A stretch of DNA of 64,000 bases, taken from Bacillota bacterium (GTDB lineage Bacteria; Bacillota; Clostridia; Tissierellales; Sedimentibacteraceae). This document shows positions 20,521-29,770 of this stretch, piece after piece. Made by a program: the position numbers and the translations under genes. The notes under the pieces are model-generated. The model saw only the letters and a program-made list of their open reading frames with translations. It did no database searches and had not been told where the DNA came from. The DNA is taken from positions 83,270-147,269 of the forward strand of contig JAEZGU010000316.1 of NCBI GenBank assembly GCA_023416855.1, in the 5' to 3' direction. How positions within the stretch are numbered: the stretch's first letter is position 1; each line of letters begins with the position of its first letter.

Positions 20521-20570
20521 CCGACAATAATTGTCGCTAAATCAATATAAAACCGACAAAAACTGTCGCT
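20521..20570. repeat. two palindromic operator/iteron sites CCGACA-N5-TGTCGCT, 32 bp apart
   Basis: 20521-20538 and 20553-20570, directly upstream of the RepL-like gene. Confidence 0.8.
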
Positions 20571-20760
20571 TTATTTTTCTACAATGTATTTATATCAATA
20601 GTTTGGTGACTCAAAATACATCTTATTCTTAATATATATATTATATTACTAATGTTTACTATTTAATAACTATTTTATGTATTAACTTATAGGCTACTAT
20701 TAGTATTATGCCAATGAGTAATATTCTATCTATCATATTTGGTTATGTTCCTTTACTTAA

Positions 20761-21129
20761 TTAACTAAATTGTTCAGTATCTCCATAATATTTTATATGA
20801 GTTAATTCTACATTAATATTAGCTTTCTTTATTGCTTGTCTTAATATTGTGTTCTCTTTTTGTAACCTTAATAAATCATTATACATTTGTTTGTATTTCT
20901 TATACTCTATATCTGCTAAAGAGTTTACATATTCGTTTTCCTGCTGTGTACATTCCGCATCATGTCGTATAGAGTATTTACGTTCAAAGTGTTTACCAGA
21001 TTCAAGTATATTACTTATATGAGCCTTAATTGATTGCTTTGTTTTCTTGTATATATCTTTTATGTATTGATATTGTGTATCTCTATTCACTTCTAATTCA
21101 TTGTTTACTTGTATTATTTTGTTTGACAT
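20761..21129 (-). CDS. hypothetical protein
   Basis: AAGGAG SD. Confidence 0.65.
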   Translation of the reverse strand: MSNKIIQVNNELEVNRDTQYQYIKDIYKKTKQSIKAHISNILESGKHFERKYSIRHDAECTQQENEYVNSLADIEYKKYKQMYNDLLRLQKENTILRQAIKKANINVELTHIKYYGDTEQFS

Positions 21130-21466
21130 TCTTTTATTCTCCTTTTATATTATTATTCTTATACTACCCAAGAACTAAAGTACCGTAATTATTTACTATA
21201 AAGTCAAACATTTGGTTATTGTCTGTAAAAGTGTCTGTATCTATTATGTAATTATCTAGTTCTTTAATATCTATTATGATACCTCTATCATATAACCTTG
21301 ATTGTATTATTTTCTTAGATATTGCTGATAGTATAGTCATTGTGTGACCTCCTGTTTATTTGTTGGTTTACTTACTATTAAGTATCTAAGTAATATTATA
21401 ATGATTGTGTGCATTGTTGTCAATATATTTATTTTACTATTCTAATTCTATTAATTATACAATATA

Positions 21467-21657
21467 GAATATTTTATTCTATAGTGGAACATTATGTTCT
21501 TGAATTAATTATATTATTAATAGAATGTTATGTTCGTATTTGTGGAAACAATAGAATAATTTGTTCAATGCTATTAATGAATAATGTGTTCGTTTTCTTT
21601 GAACGTTTTGTTCTATTATATTATGAATATATTGTTCGATGATTGAATAAAGTGTTC
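21467..21657. repeat. array of eight GAAY-N5-RTTC palindromic sites
   Basis: copies start at 21467, 21487, 21523, 21554, 21579, 21601, 21625, 21645. Confidence 0.8.
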
Positions 21658-22328
21658 GCTATGTTTTGGTCTGTTAAAATGCGAACTGTATTACTACAAC
21701 TAGTACACTAAATTATCATATTGTATTAGTTAATTAGTATCATAACTAACCTATCAACTATGTATAAATCATTGTTTTGTATTCTCCTAGTAGGTCAATT
21801 TATCCATTAACATACTATCTATTATTAGTATTCCCAAACTGATAAAAATAATGTATTAATTAAATATCCTTGTAATGTAGTAATAGAGCATGTTTCAAGG
21901 TGTTTATAATAATTCAATCTAATAAACATTAGATGTAAAATATAGCACAGTGGGGGTATAAATACAAAAAAACACACTTTCTATATGTGGTATATGATAC
22001 AAGCACATGGGCATCTATCCCCAAGCCATAAAATAGACGATTATCTATATCGGTAACTATTAAAACACTATTTTTGATTATCGTTTAGTATTCGACTAAA
22101 CACTTATAAATCAACTATTTGGAATAGGGGTAATAATTACATTAAATCAAAACAAACTAATTTACATAGGTATTTATATTGCTTAAAGCCCTAATAAATA
22201 TTGACATTTACATAAAAAAATAACAACCAAATGCGATAACAAAATCACACTGGTTGTTAAATTAATTAAATTTCTATATAACTAGTATATAATCAACAAT
22301 ATACATATATTTATTATTTATATTACGA

Positions 22329-24089
22329 TTATACAATTACATCTATCTTTTCATAAAATCCTTTTCCTTCTCCTTTTATATCCTCTGGGTATAAAAATAT
22401 CTTCTTACCATATGGCAAATCTTTATATTTTTCTATTTTTTCTTCTGTTCTTTCAATATAATCACTAATCCTTTGGTTATATTTAGTATTGGATAAAGCT
22501 ATTCCAAAATACTCAACTATGTAAATATTATTATCAGTAAACACAAACCAATCAGGTTGCATATGTAAAACAGCTACTGCATTATCTCCATGTCTATTGT
22601 TATATACTACATTCTTAAATCTATCTCTAAGTAATTTATCTATTAATTGTTCTTCCATTGAATCAAATTTATTTCGTATTAATCCAACAGAAAAATCTTC
22701 TTCAATAAACTTATTAGGATATATTCTATTAATCCAATCAAACAGACAATTATCAAATCTTTTGTCATAAAGAATATTATATAAAGTACTACATTTAATA
22801 TGTAAATTATTCTTTGTTATATACAATGGTATTTTATCTATAGATAATTTTAAATCTTGTTCAATGAAATATTTCATTGCTCTATCTGCATTATCTCTAT
22901 CTTTCCAATACTTTTGTCCTATAATACTTTTAAATTTATATGCAGCATATTGATTATCAAAATATTTCATAACAAAACCTAGTTTATCTTTTTCAATTTT
23001 CAACACATACCATTTTACCTTAGCTTTTTCAAATAATTCATCATAGTTATAATTATATACATCTTTTATTATTATATTATTTTCATGTAGATATGATTTA
23101 ATCATTTCTTTAGCATCTTCAAATGACATTTTTTTAATTATCTTTTTTACCCCATGACTTTTAATTTTATTAGTATCATTTTTAATTTTTGATTTTAATA
23201 TTTCCTCCTTTCTAAAAGAAGATATTATTGTTTTTTCAATTGCTTTCATACTTATATATTTTTCAGGTATTTTTGTTAATTGTGATAAGTATGATATTGA
23301 AATATCATTAATATTATCTAACAATTGTTTTCTATAATATTTATTTATTATATTAATAACATGAACACTGTTATGTAATATTGAAGGAAATTTAGATATT
23401 ATTCCATCATTATACAAATCATATATAATATAAACATTACCATTTGTTATTCTAAATACATCATATAATATTCTACCACCATCATAGTATACTTCGGTAT
23501 ACTTTTTATCGCCATAATGATAAACCCTTAAATTTGAACATTCATTACAAATGCTCCTTAATGGTTGTTTGTTACTTTTATTTACTTCTTTTGGAAAGAA
23601 ACAACTATTATAAGGTAGGTATTTACCACATTTACTACATCTTTGCCATTTAACTTCAGGATTAGCACTTAAAACTGATTTAATACATTCTCTTAACCAA
23701 AAATCATATTTACTCCATTCGGTTTTAGAATATGAATCTATAATTTTTTCTTCTGTATCAATATCTAAATTTAGTCCAATAAATGAACATACTTTTTTCA
23801 TGGCTTTCTTCTGTTCTACAGATAATCTGCCTATTTTGCAATTCAATAGAATTTGTTTTAATCCTTTTTCAGAAATGCAATATGTAAATTGAATTCCACC
23901 TGTATGCTCTCCATAATCAATATAAAATTGTCGTATGTATTTTTCATATTTATTCTTAATAAGTTGATTAGGCGTAAGTGTTTTTAATAGCACTTTATCT
24001 CCAATGTAGCTTACAGGATACCAAGTTTCTCCTCCTTCCTCTATTATTGGAATAACCACTTCATTAATTACAATTTGTTTTTGTACCAT
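22329..24089 (-). CDS. multidomain protein: antirepressor-like N-terminus, zinc ribbon, C-terminal PD-(D/E)XK nuclease-like domain
   Basis: TWYPVSYIG..YCISEKGL; CSKC..CNEC; FDSMEE...PDWF...IVEYFG...KIEKY. Confidence 0.6.
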   Translation of the reverse strand: MVQKQIVINEVVIPIIEEGGETWYPVSYIGDKVLLKTLTPNQLIKNKYEKYIRQFYIDYGEHTGGIQFTYCISEKGLKQILLNCKIGRLSVEQKKAMKKVCSFIGLNLDIDTEEKIIDSYSKTEWSKYDFWLRECIKSVLSANPEVKWQRCSKCGKYLPYNSCFFPKEVNKSNKQPLRSICNECSNLRVYHYGDKKYTEVYYDGGRILYDVFRITNGNVYIIYDLYNDGIISKFPSILHNSVHVINIINKYYRKQLLDNINDISISYLSQLTKIPEKYISMKAIEKTIISSFRKEEILKSKIKNDTNKIKSHGVKKIIKKMSFEDAKEMIKSYLHENNIIIKDVYNYNYDELFEKAKVKWYVLKIEKDKLGFVMKYFDNQYAAYKFKSIIGQKYWKDRDNADRAMKYFIEQDLKLSIDKIPLYITKNNLHIKCSTLYNILYDKRFDNCLFDWINRIYPNKFIEEDFSVGLIRNKFDSMEEQLIDKLLRDRFKNVVYNNRHGDNAVAVLHMQPDWFVFTDNNIYIVEYFGIALSNTKYNQRISDYIERTEEKIEKYKDLPYGKKIFLYPEDIKGEGKGFYEKIDVIV

Positions 24090-24169
24090 AAATTATCCTT
24101 TCGATTCAATTTATATTTATATTACTTAATGTATTACTCAAAATGGGCAAACTTCACCTATTCAATTTA

Positions 24170-24256
24170 ATTATACCATAGAATTCTACTTTGTCAATTT
24201 TTTTATATAAATTATTTTATTAATCTATTGACTTCTAGTTTCTTCCATGATAATAT
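24170..24256. promoter_or_regulatory. divergent sigmaA promoters
   Basis: minus TTGACA-16-TATAAT (24170-24197); plus TTGACT-17-TATAAT (24228-24256). Confidence 0.75.
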
Positions 24257-24305
24257 TATATTGAAAGTAAAAGAAATAAATTATATTTGAAAGGAATGTA
24301 GAATT

Positions 24306-25148
24306 ATGCTAAAAGAATATGAGAACTATTTAACTAAAGAAGCTTATTCTCCAAAAACAACATCAACATATATATATTGTTTAGAACAATACTTTAAGTT
24401 TTCTAATGATATTACCCTAACAAGAGAACAAATTCAATCATATAAGCAACATATGATATCAAAAAATAACAAAGCATCTACAATTGACCAAACGCTATCA
24501 GCAATAAAAAATTACAATGAATATTTAATTTCTATTGGTAAAATGGAAAGTAATTTAATAATAAAGAGAGACTTTATTAAAATACAAGCAAATACTAACC
24601 CATGTAAACTAACAAAAGAAATGGTATCAAAATTTTTGAATAAAGTAAACACAACAGAATGTAGGCACAAAATAAGAAATATAGCAATGATATATTTTAT
24701 GATATTTTCTGGAGCAAGAAAAGCAGAAGTATATGATGTTAAATTAGAAGATGCACATGATATAGAGAAGAATAAACAAATAACAATACTTGGCAAAGGT
24801 AGTAAAGAAAGAACAATAGTAATAGAGTCTGAAGAAGTAATACAATATATAGATGAATATTTAAAAATAAGGAATTCGGATAGCAAATACTTATTTGTAC
24901 CACAAGGAGGAGAGAAATTTTCTGCAAGCACATTAAATAAAATATTTGATGAATATTGCACACCTAAGAATAAGATACATCCACATGAATTAAGACATTG
25001 GGCAGCAACAAATATGTTGAATAATGGGTATGCATTATCAGACGTACAGAACCAATTAGGACATACTAATATAAGCACAACAGGAAAGTATTTAATAACT
25101 AATATAGAAGATATAAGAAAGAAAGCAAGGAAGATGAAAGCATGTTGA
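24306..25148 (+). CDS. XerC/D-type tyrosine recombinase
   Basis: SAM-like N-terminus; GARKAE (R), GKGSKER (K), HELRH, LGH, TGKY; no arm-binding domain. Confidence 0.93.
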   Translation: MLKEYENYLTKEAYSPKTTSTYIYCLEQYFKFSNDITLTREQIQSYKQHMISKNNKASTIDQTLSAIKNYNEYLISIGKMESNLIIKRDFIKIQANTNPCKLTKEMVSKFLNKVNTTECRHKIRNIAMIYFMIFSGARKAEVYDVKLEDAHDIEKNKQITILGKGSKERTIVIESEEVIQYIDEYLKIRNSDSKYLFVPQGGEKFSASTLNKIFDEYCTPKNKIHPHELRHWAATNMLNNGYALSDVQNQLGHTNISTTGKYLITNIEDIRKKARKMKAC

Positions 25149-25528
25149 TATATTGAATACTGGAGGGAGTACTACAATAGATAATGTATTTATTTTTAAC
25201 TGGGGTACTATTTACAGAAATATGGGTGATTATTTGAGTGTAGTGGTCTTCCCTATTGTGTAGTGGAGACCTAATATGAGTACTGCCGCCCTTACGGTTG
25301 GCTTGCTTGGGCTAGAAGCCCTTCGCAATATATAATTATTATTTTGTATTTTATATATAAAAAATAATATATTAGTAAAATATGTATTATAAATATAATT
25401 TATTTTATTAATTTATTTAAATTAATTATTAATTATTTACAATATAATTTTTATGTTAAAATTTACTGTAAGAGAATAGAGATAGATTTGTGGCTTGAAA
25501 CCCTTGCTACAGGCTAGTTTCATTTTTA

Positions 25529-25568
25529 AAATGTGACCTCAAATGTACGAAATGTGACCTCAAATGTA
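25529..25568. repeat. tandem 19-bp direct repeat AAATGTGACCTCAAATGTA (21-bp period)
   Basis: 25529-25547 and 25550-25568, next to an extremely AT-rich tract. Confidence 0.85.
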
Positions 25569-25609
25569 TCCAGTATTTGGTAATTATAACTTTATTTTAA
25601 GGAGGAAAA

Positions 25610-26485
25610 ATGGCTGAAAGGTTTATAAATCAGGACACAGGGGAATTTTTTGAAGTTAATGATGGAGATAGGTTGATTATCAAGAGAAATAATCAAAAAG
25701 AAGCCATTGAGAAATCAAAAAGAACAAAAAAACTAAATAAAGAATTAAAAGAATGGGGTGATGAACTAGGTGGATTTGTTTTTGTATTATTTAAATACTG
25801 TAATAGCTTATTGAGTCAACATTCAGAAATAATACCAGAAGACATTAGTAAGTTATTTTATTTAGCTACATATGTTGACTATAATGGTATGCTCATATAT
25901 GGTAATAATTATATGAGTAAATCTGATATGCAAAATTTACTAAAGATGAGTAGAGAAAAGTTTAGTCTTTTCTTTAATAAAATGAAAGCAATTGGAATAC
26001 TTTCTCAAGATACATCTAAGAATATTAAAATAAATAAGGAGTATTTCAGTAAAGGTAGTTTAGATAGAGATATTAAGAAATACTATGATTATACCAGAGT
26101 ATTTATAAATACCATAAGATACTTATATGAAAATGTACCTGTAAGAAATCAAGGTCAACTAGGTAATTATTTTAAAATGATACCCTATATACATAGACAA
26201 CAGAATGTTCTTTGTTGGAATCCAGATGGAATAAAAAGTGATATCCAGCTTATGACATTAAAAGATTTAAAAGATATACTTGGATATCATAAAAATAGTG
26301 TAAAAGGTTTTATTAATGAATTATTATCTACGAGGCTAGATAATGGTGAGGCTTTGATTGGTTTCTTTGTTACTGATGCTGATTTTTGGAAATCAGTTAT
26401 TATAGTAAATCCCAAAGTATTTTATGGAGGTAATTTTGATTTAGACAAAGGGCAAACTGATATTATTAAATGGTTTAATAGATAA
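25610..26485 (+). CDS. RepL-like protein with duplicated winged-helix-type domain
   Basis: INQDTGEF start; IKINKEYFSKG and IIVNPKVFYGG repeats resemble the 19969 gene. Confidence 0.55.
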   Translation: MAERFINQDTGEFFEVNDGDRLIIKRNNQKEAIEKSKRTKKLNKELKEWGDELGGFVFVLFKYCNSLLSQHSEIIPEDISKLFYLATYVDYNGMLIYGNNYMSKSDMQNLLKMSREKFSLFFNKMKAIGILSQDTSKNIKINKEYFSKGSLDRDIKKYYDYTRVFINTIRYLYENVPVRNQGQLGNYFKMIPYIHRQQNVLCWNPDGIKSDIQLMTLKDLKDILGYHKNSVKGFINELLSTRLDNGEALIGFFVTDADFWKSVIIVNPKVFYGGNFDLDKGQTDIIKWFNR

Positions 26486-26499
26486 GAAAAGGCTAAAAG

Positions 26500-26523
26500 A
26501 AAAGTCCCTTTTTGGGGACTTTT
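26500..26523 (+). terminator. rho-independent terminator
   Basis: AAAAGTCCC-loop-GGGACTTTT. Confidence 0.75.
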
Positions 26524-26767
26524 AAATTTATATACTACAATTCTTTTACAGTATTTTGTATATATTCTCTAGTTTCTATATGTTTGAAATAATGAGTATC
26601 ATCATTGGAATACATATACATATATTTTTCTCTTTCGTTATCTGTTTTAAAGCATTTTATAAAAGCTTCATTTGGGTTAACAATTCTATTCATAGATTTT
26701 TTCCGTATATTTTAAATTATTTAGGTTATAATAAAAGAGAGGGAAAATCTTCCCTCATAAAATTAGC

Positions 26768-27187
26768 CTATTGTACTTTAACATTTTTAGAAAAAGGTAT
26801 TACGTTTGAAGGTTGCTGTGTGGTAGCGGCAATCTTCTCTCCTTTTCCATGTAACAAGTATCCTACAGGAACATTATCTTTGTTGTAGACTTCAATAATT
26901 TTTATTACAGTATATTTCTCTTTTAGTTTTTCTGCATATTGGTTAGCTGTTGTTAGTTTTTTATAAAACTTCTCATAGAGAATTGGAGAATAATCTCTAT
27001 TGTTAAAAGCATAGAGAAACCAAGCACCAAACCAATAGCTTAATCTGTAACGTGTTTTACCAAACAGTCTAATTATTTCGTTCTTTTGTTCAAGCTTTTG
27101 AAGTCGCTTAAACTCTTTGTTTTTCTTAATTTTTTCATGATTCACAATTCTGTTTTTAATATTACCATAAATAAGTGTTTCGAGCAT
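26768..27187 (-). CDS. hypothetical protein
   Basis: GGAGGGG SD; followed by GAGGGAA/TTCCCTC hairpin. Confidence 0.7.
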   Translation of the reverse strand: MLETLIYGNIKNRIVNHEKIKKNKEFKRLQKLEQKNEIIRLFGKTRYRLSYWFGAWFLYAFNNRDYSPILYEKFYKKLTTANQYAEKLKEKYTVIKIIEVYNKDNVPVGYLLHGKGEKIAATTQQPSNVIPFSKNVKVQ

Positions 27188-27234
27188 ACGCCCACCCCTC
27201 CGTAAAAATTTATTTGCTTTTAAAAAAGCCGTAA

Positions 27235-27447
27235 CTAAAAATGAATATGGGATAATAATTTTATGAAATATACTAGCTTATTACTAATGAAATCATTTTT
27301 ATATATTAGAGAAACATCCATATCTTTAATTTTAAGCATAAGGAATAACCCAGATGCCGTAAGTAACCATGATGGTATTAACCCCATCCTATATGTTCCA
27401 GATTTTGTATCATTTTTATTTGAATTAACGCTTTTTGAACTAATCAT
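27235..27447 (-). CDS. small membrane protein
   Basis: GGAGGG SD; hydrophobic LIPSWLLTASGLFLML. Confidence 0.55.
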   Translation of the reverse strand: MISSKSVNSNKNDTKSGTYRMGLIPSWLLTASGLFLMLKIKDMDVSLIYKNDFISNKLVYFIKLLSHIHF

Positions 27448-27467
27448 AATTAACCCTCCAAAAAAAA

Positions 27468-28031
27468 TTATTTGAATATTGAATCTATTCCTGACATATC
27501 AATATCAACCTGTCTAAATCTAATTTTTATGTTTGGTATTGTAATTTGTCTATCTGTGCATATGATTACTCTAGGAATTATACCAAACATAGATTTAAGG
27601 TCACATATTTTTAACAATTCGGAGTATTTCTCAAAATTAAATTTATTACTAAGGTGTACTTCTATAAAAATTGGAAAGACAATTCCATTATCTTTTATAT
27701 AAGCGAAAGCATCAGGACGTATATTTTCTATAGAATATTCATTAAACCATTCAAGCACAGTATATTTACATGATATTTTGGCATATAATTCTGCCCGTAA
27801 TAGGTCGTGATGGACTTGTATTGGTTTCTTATTAGTAATATAATATGCATTGCAATTGTCAATTGTGCTTCTAGTTTTTTTTATTACATTTTCTTTTTTG
27901 AGGTAAGACAATCTAGTTTGACAATATCTAAGGGATGTATTTTTAAAAAACAGCATAAAAATCTGATTGGTTGTAGCAATATGAAAATCTTCAAGCATAC
28001 ATATAACATCCTGTTCTCTTTTGGTTATCAT
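27468..28031 (-). CDS. replication-relaxation (Replic_Relax-like) protein
   Basis: ITKREQDVI..IATTNQI winged helix; HDLL; RPDAF...FIEVH PD-(D/E)XK-like; coupled to FtsK gene. Confidence 0.75.
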   Translation of the reverse strand: MITKREQDVICMLEDFHIATTNQIFMLFFKNTSLRYCQTRLSYLKKENVIKKTRSTIDNCNAYYITNKKPIQVHHDLLRAELYAKISCKYTVLEWFNEYSIENIRPDAFAYIKDNGIVFPIFIEVHLSNKFNFEKYSELLKICDLKSMFGIIPRVIICTDRQITIPNIKIRFRQVDIDMSGIDSIFK

Positions 28032-29344
28032 GATTTCACATCCTTTTTGGCATATGGATTAATATTTTTTTGATGGAACTTTTCTATTTGTTGTCTTCTT
28101 GCTAGGATTTTGTCAGCCTGAATTTCTTCTTTTGATTTAAAAGCATTATGTTCTTTTAGTATTTTACGAATATCTTTAGGAGGAATATATAGTGCCTGAT
28201 ATTCTTTCAATTCTCCCCTACGTCTACATAGAAATCTTCCTTGATGTTTTATTTTTTCAGCACCATGTAGCCCTCCAAGGATTACTTCTGAATCAATTGG
28301 ACTTACAGCTTTAAAAGCAATACGTGTAGGCATATTGTTTTTGATTGAACCTTGAATTATTTCTGCTGAAGGTCTTTGAAGAGCAATACAAAAGTGTGTA
28401 CCTATTTTCCTATCTTTACTAACACGTTGCTTGAATTTTTCAAAGATATCTTTATAGCGGTCATCAGCCAATGTTGCAAACTCATCAACCACAACAAATA
28501 TATACGGCAAGGCTCGTTCGGGGAATAATTCATTCCAAGTCTCAATTTTCTCAATATAAACTTTGTTTTTTACTGAGCGAAAAAGTTTAATACGTTCTTC
28601 GCTTATTTCTTCAAGCTTATCTAATAACTTTTCAAACTCCTCTGGAGTATTAGAATAACTTTTAACCTTTTTGCATTCTTCATATTTCCCAAGCGTAATG
28701 TCTTGAAAATCAACTAAATGAAGATGAATATTATTGAATTTACTTAAAATAACGCTTAGACAAATTGTATCAAGAAAAGTAGATTTACCTGAATCTGTTT
28801 CTCCTGCTATAATGATGTGTTGGTCTTTACTTATATCAAGTATAAAATCTTCATCATTCCCAACGCCTAAATTTATTTCGGTTGACTTATTACATTGTTT
28901 AAACTGAAATGGATAAAGCGTTTGAATATTATTATAAATTATGTCAAGGACAAGGTTTTTATTGAAACCGAATTCTATTTTAGCATTAAAGTATTGTTCA
29001 AGTTCTTCTCTTTTCTCTTCAAAGTGTTTTTGGCTTAGACCTTCTGGAAGGCTTAATACAAGAGTTGTTTTGATATCACTAACTTTTTCCTTTTTTATAA
29101 CAATAGGAATTTTCTTTTCTTTGTTTTCCAATCCGCACATTCTAAAAAGTTTTTCATATTTACTTTCTCTAAATTTAAAGTCTAATATAACTCCACCAGT
29201 AATAGCCATAGCAGATAATAATATGATTTTTTCATCAGGTACTGAAAAATAACATAGTTTCATTGCTTCATTACAGAAATATGCTCCACCAGCTAGCAAT
29301 GCTCCTGTATAGGTAAACTGAAACTTCTTTAGCATTACATCCAT
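28028..29344 (-). CDS. FtsK/SpoIIIE-family DNA translocase ATPase
   Basis: N-terminal TM segments; Walker A GETDSGKS; Walker B VVVDEFA; LQRPSAEII; TRIAFK. Confidence 0.9.
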   Translation of the reverse strand: MDVMLKKFQFTYTGALLAGGAYFCNEAMKLCYFSVPDEKIILLSAMAITGGVILDFKFRESKYEKLFRMCGLENKEKKIPIVIKKEKVSDIKTTLVLSLPEGLSQKHFEEKREELEQYFNAKIEFGFNKNLVLDIIYNNIQTLYPFQFKQCNKSTEINLGVGNDEDFILDISKDQHIIIAGETDSGKSTFLDTICLSVILSKFNNIHLHLVDFQDITLGKYEECKKVKSYSNTPEEFEKLLDKLEEISEERIKLFRSVKNKVYIEKIETWNELFPERALPYIFVVVDEFATLADDRYKDIFEKFKQRVSKDRKIGTHFCIALQRPSAEIIQGSIKNNMPTRIAFKAVSPIDSEVILGGLHGAEKIKHQGRFLCRRRGELKEYQALYIPPKDIRKILKEHNAFKSKEEIQADKILARRQQIEKFHQKNINPYAKKDVKS

Positions 29345-29476
29345 AAATTCCCTCCTGTCTACGCTGTGTCACGTCACGCGCCTGTTTGCTCAGTCAGTCT
29401 CTCCTTTTCTTCCTTCACTTGCTTTTTGAAAAACCTAGTAAATTGGCTAATTATAAGCCATATAGACAATCAGCTA

Positions 29477-29535
29477 TATGACATGTTTATGAACTACTTT
29501 ATGAAGTTGTTTATGAATAGGAATATGAATATGAA
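29477..29535. repeat. phased TATGA(A) repeats, parC-like
   Basis: copies at 29477, 29488, 29500, 29512, 29524, 29530; 12-bp period for four copies. Confidence 0.65.
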
Positions 29536-29542
29536 AAATAAG

Positions 29543-29770
29543 TTACTTTTTAAGTTTTGAAATATTGTTGTTGGGTGAAGTATTTTGAGTTGGTCTAGAA
29601 CCACCTAATAGTTTTATAATATTGAGAGTTGCTTCGTTAATTACGTTGTCTTTATTTTCAATATAGAACTTTAAAGCTATTTTAACTATATCACTTTTAC
29701 CATTTTCATCATAAAACTTTAATAAATCATGTTCATTTTTATTAAAACTTATCGACCTTCTTTCACTCAT
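29543..29770 (-). CDS. ParR-like small DNA-binding adaptor
   Basis: RRSISFN..E..L...KSDIVKIALKFYI (RHH-like); ATGA overlap with ParM stop. Confidence 0.6.
   Translation of the reverse strand: MSERRSISFNKNEHDLLKFYDENGKSDIVKIALKFYIENKDNVINEATLNIIKLLGGSRPTQNTSPNNNISKLKK

Noticed and set aside
21467..21657. LexA (SOS) boxes or a CRISPR array
   Set aside because: Spacer is 5 nt in all copies rather than the 4 nt of the Firmicutes SOS box; the units are 13-bp degenerate palindromes with 7-23 bp gaps, too short for CRISPR, and there are no cas genes
21916..21940. Solitary CRISPR-repeat-like hairpin ATCTAAT-AAAC-ATTAGAT (possible RNA anti-CRISPR)
   Set aside because: Only vague resemblance to clostridial repeats, single AT-rich copy, no promoter identified
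25434..25461. dif-like site (TTATGTTAAA XerD arm at 25451)
   Set aside because: No convincing XerC arm, and the surrounding DNA is nearly pure A/T, so a chance match is likely
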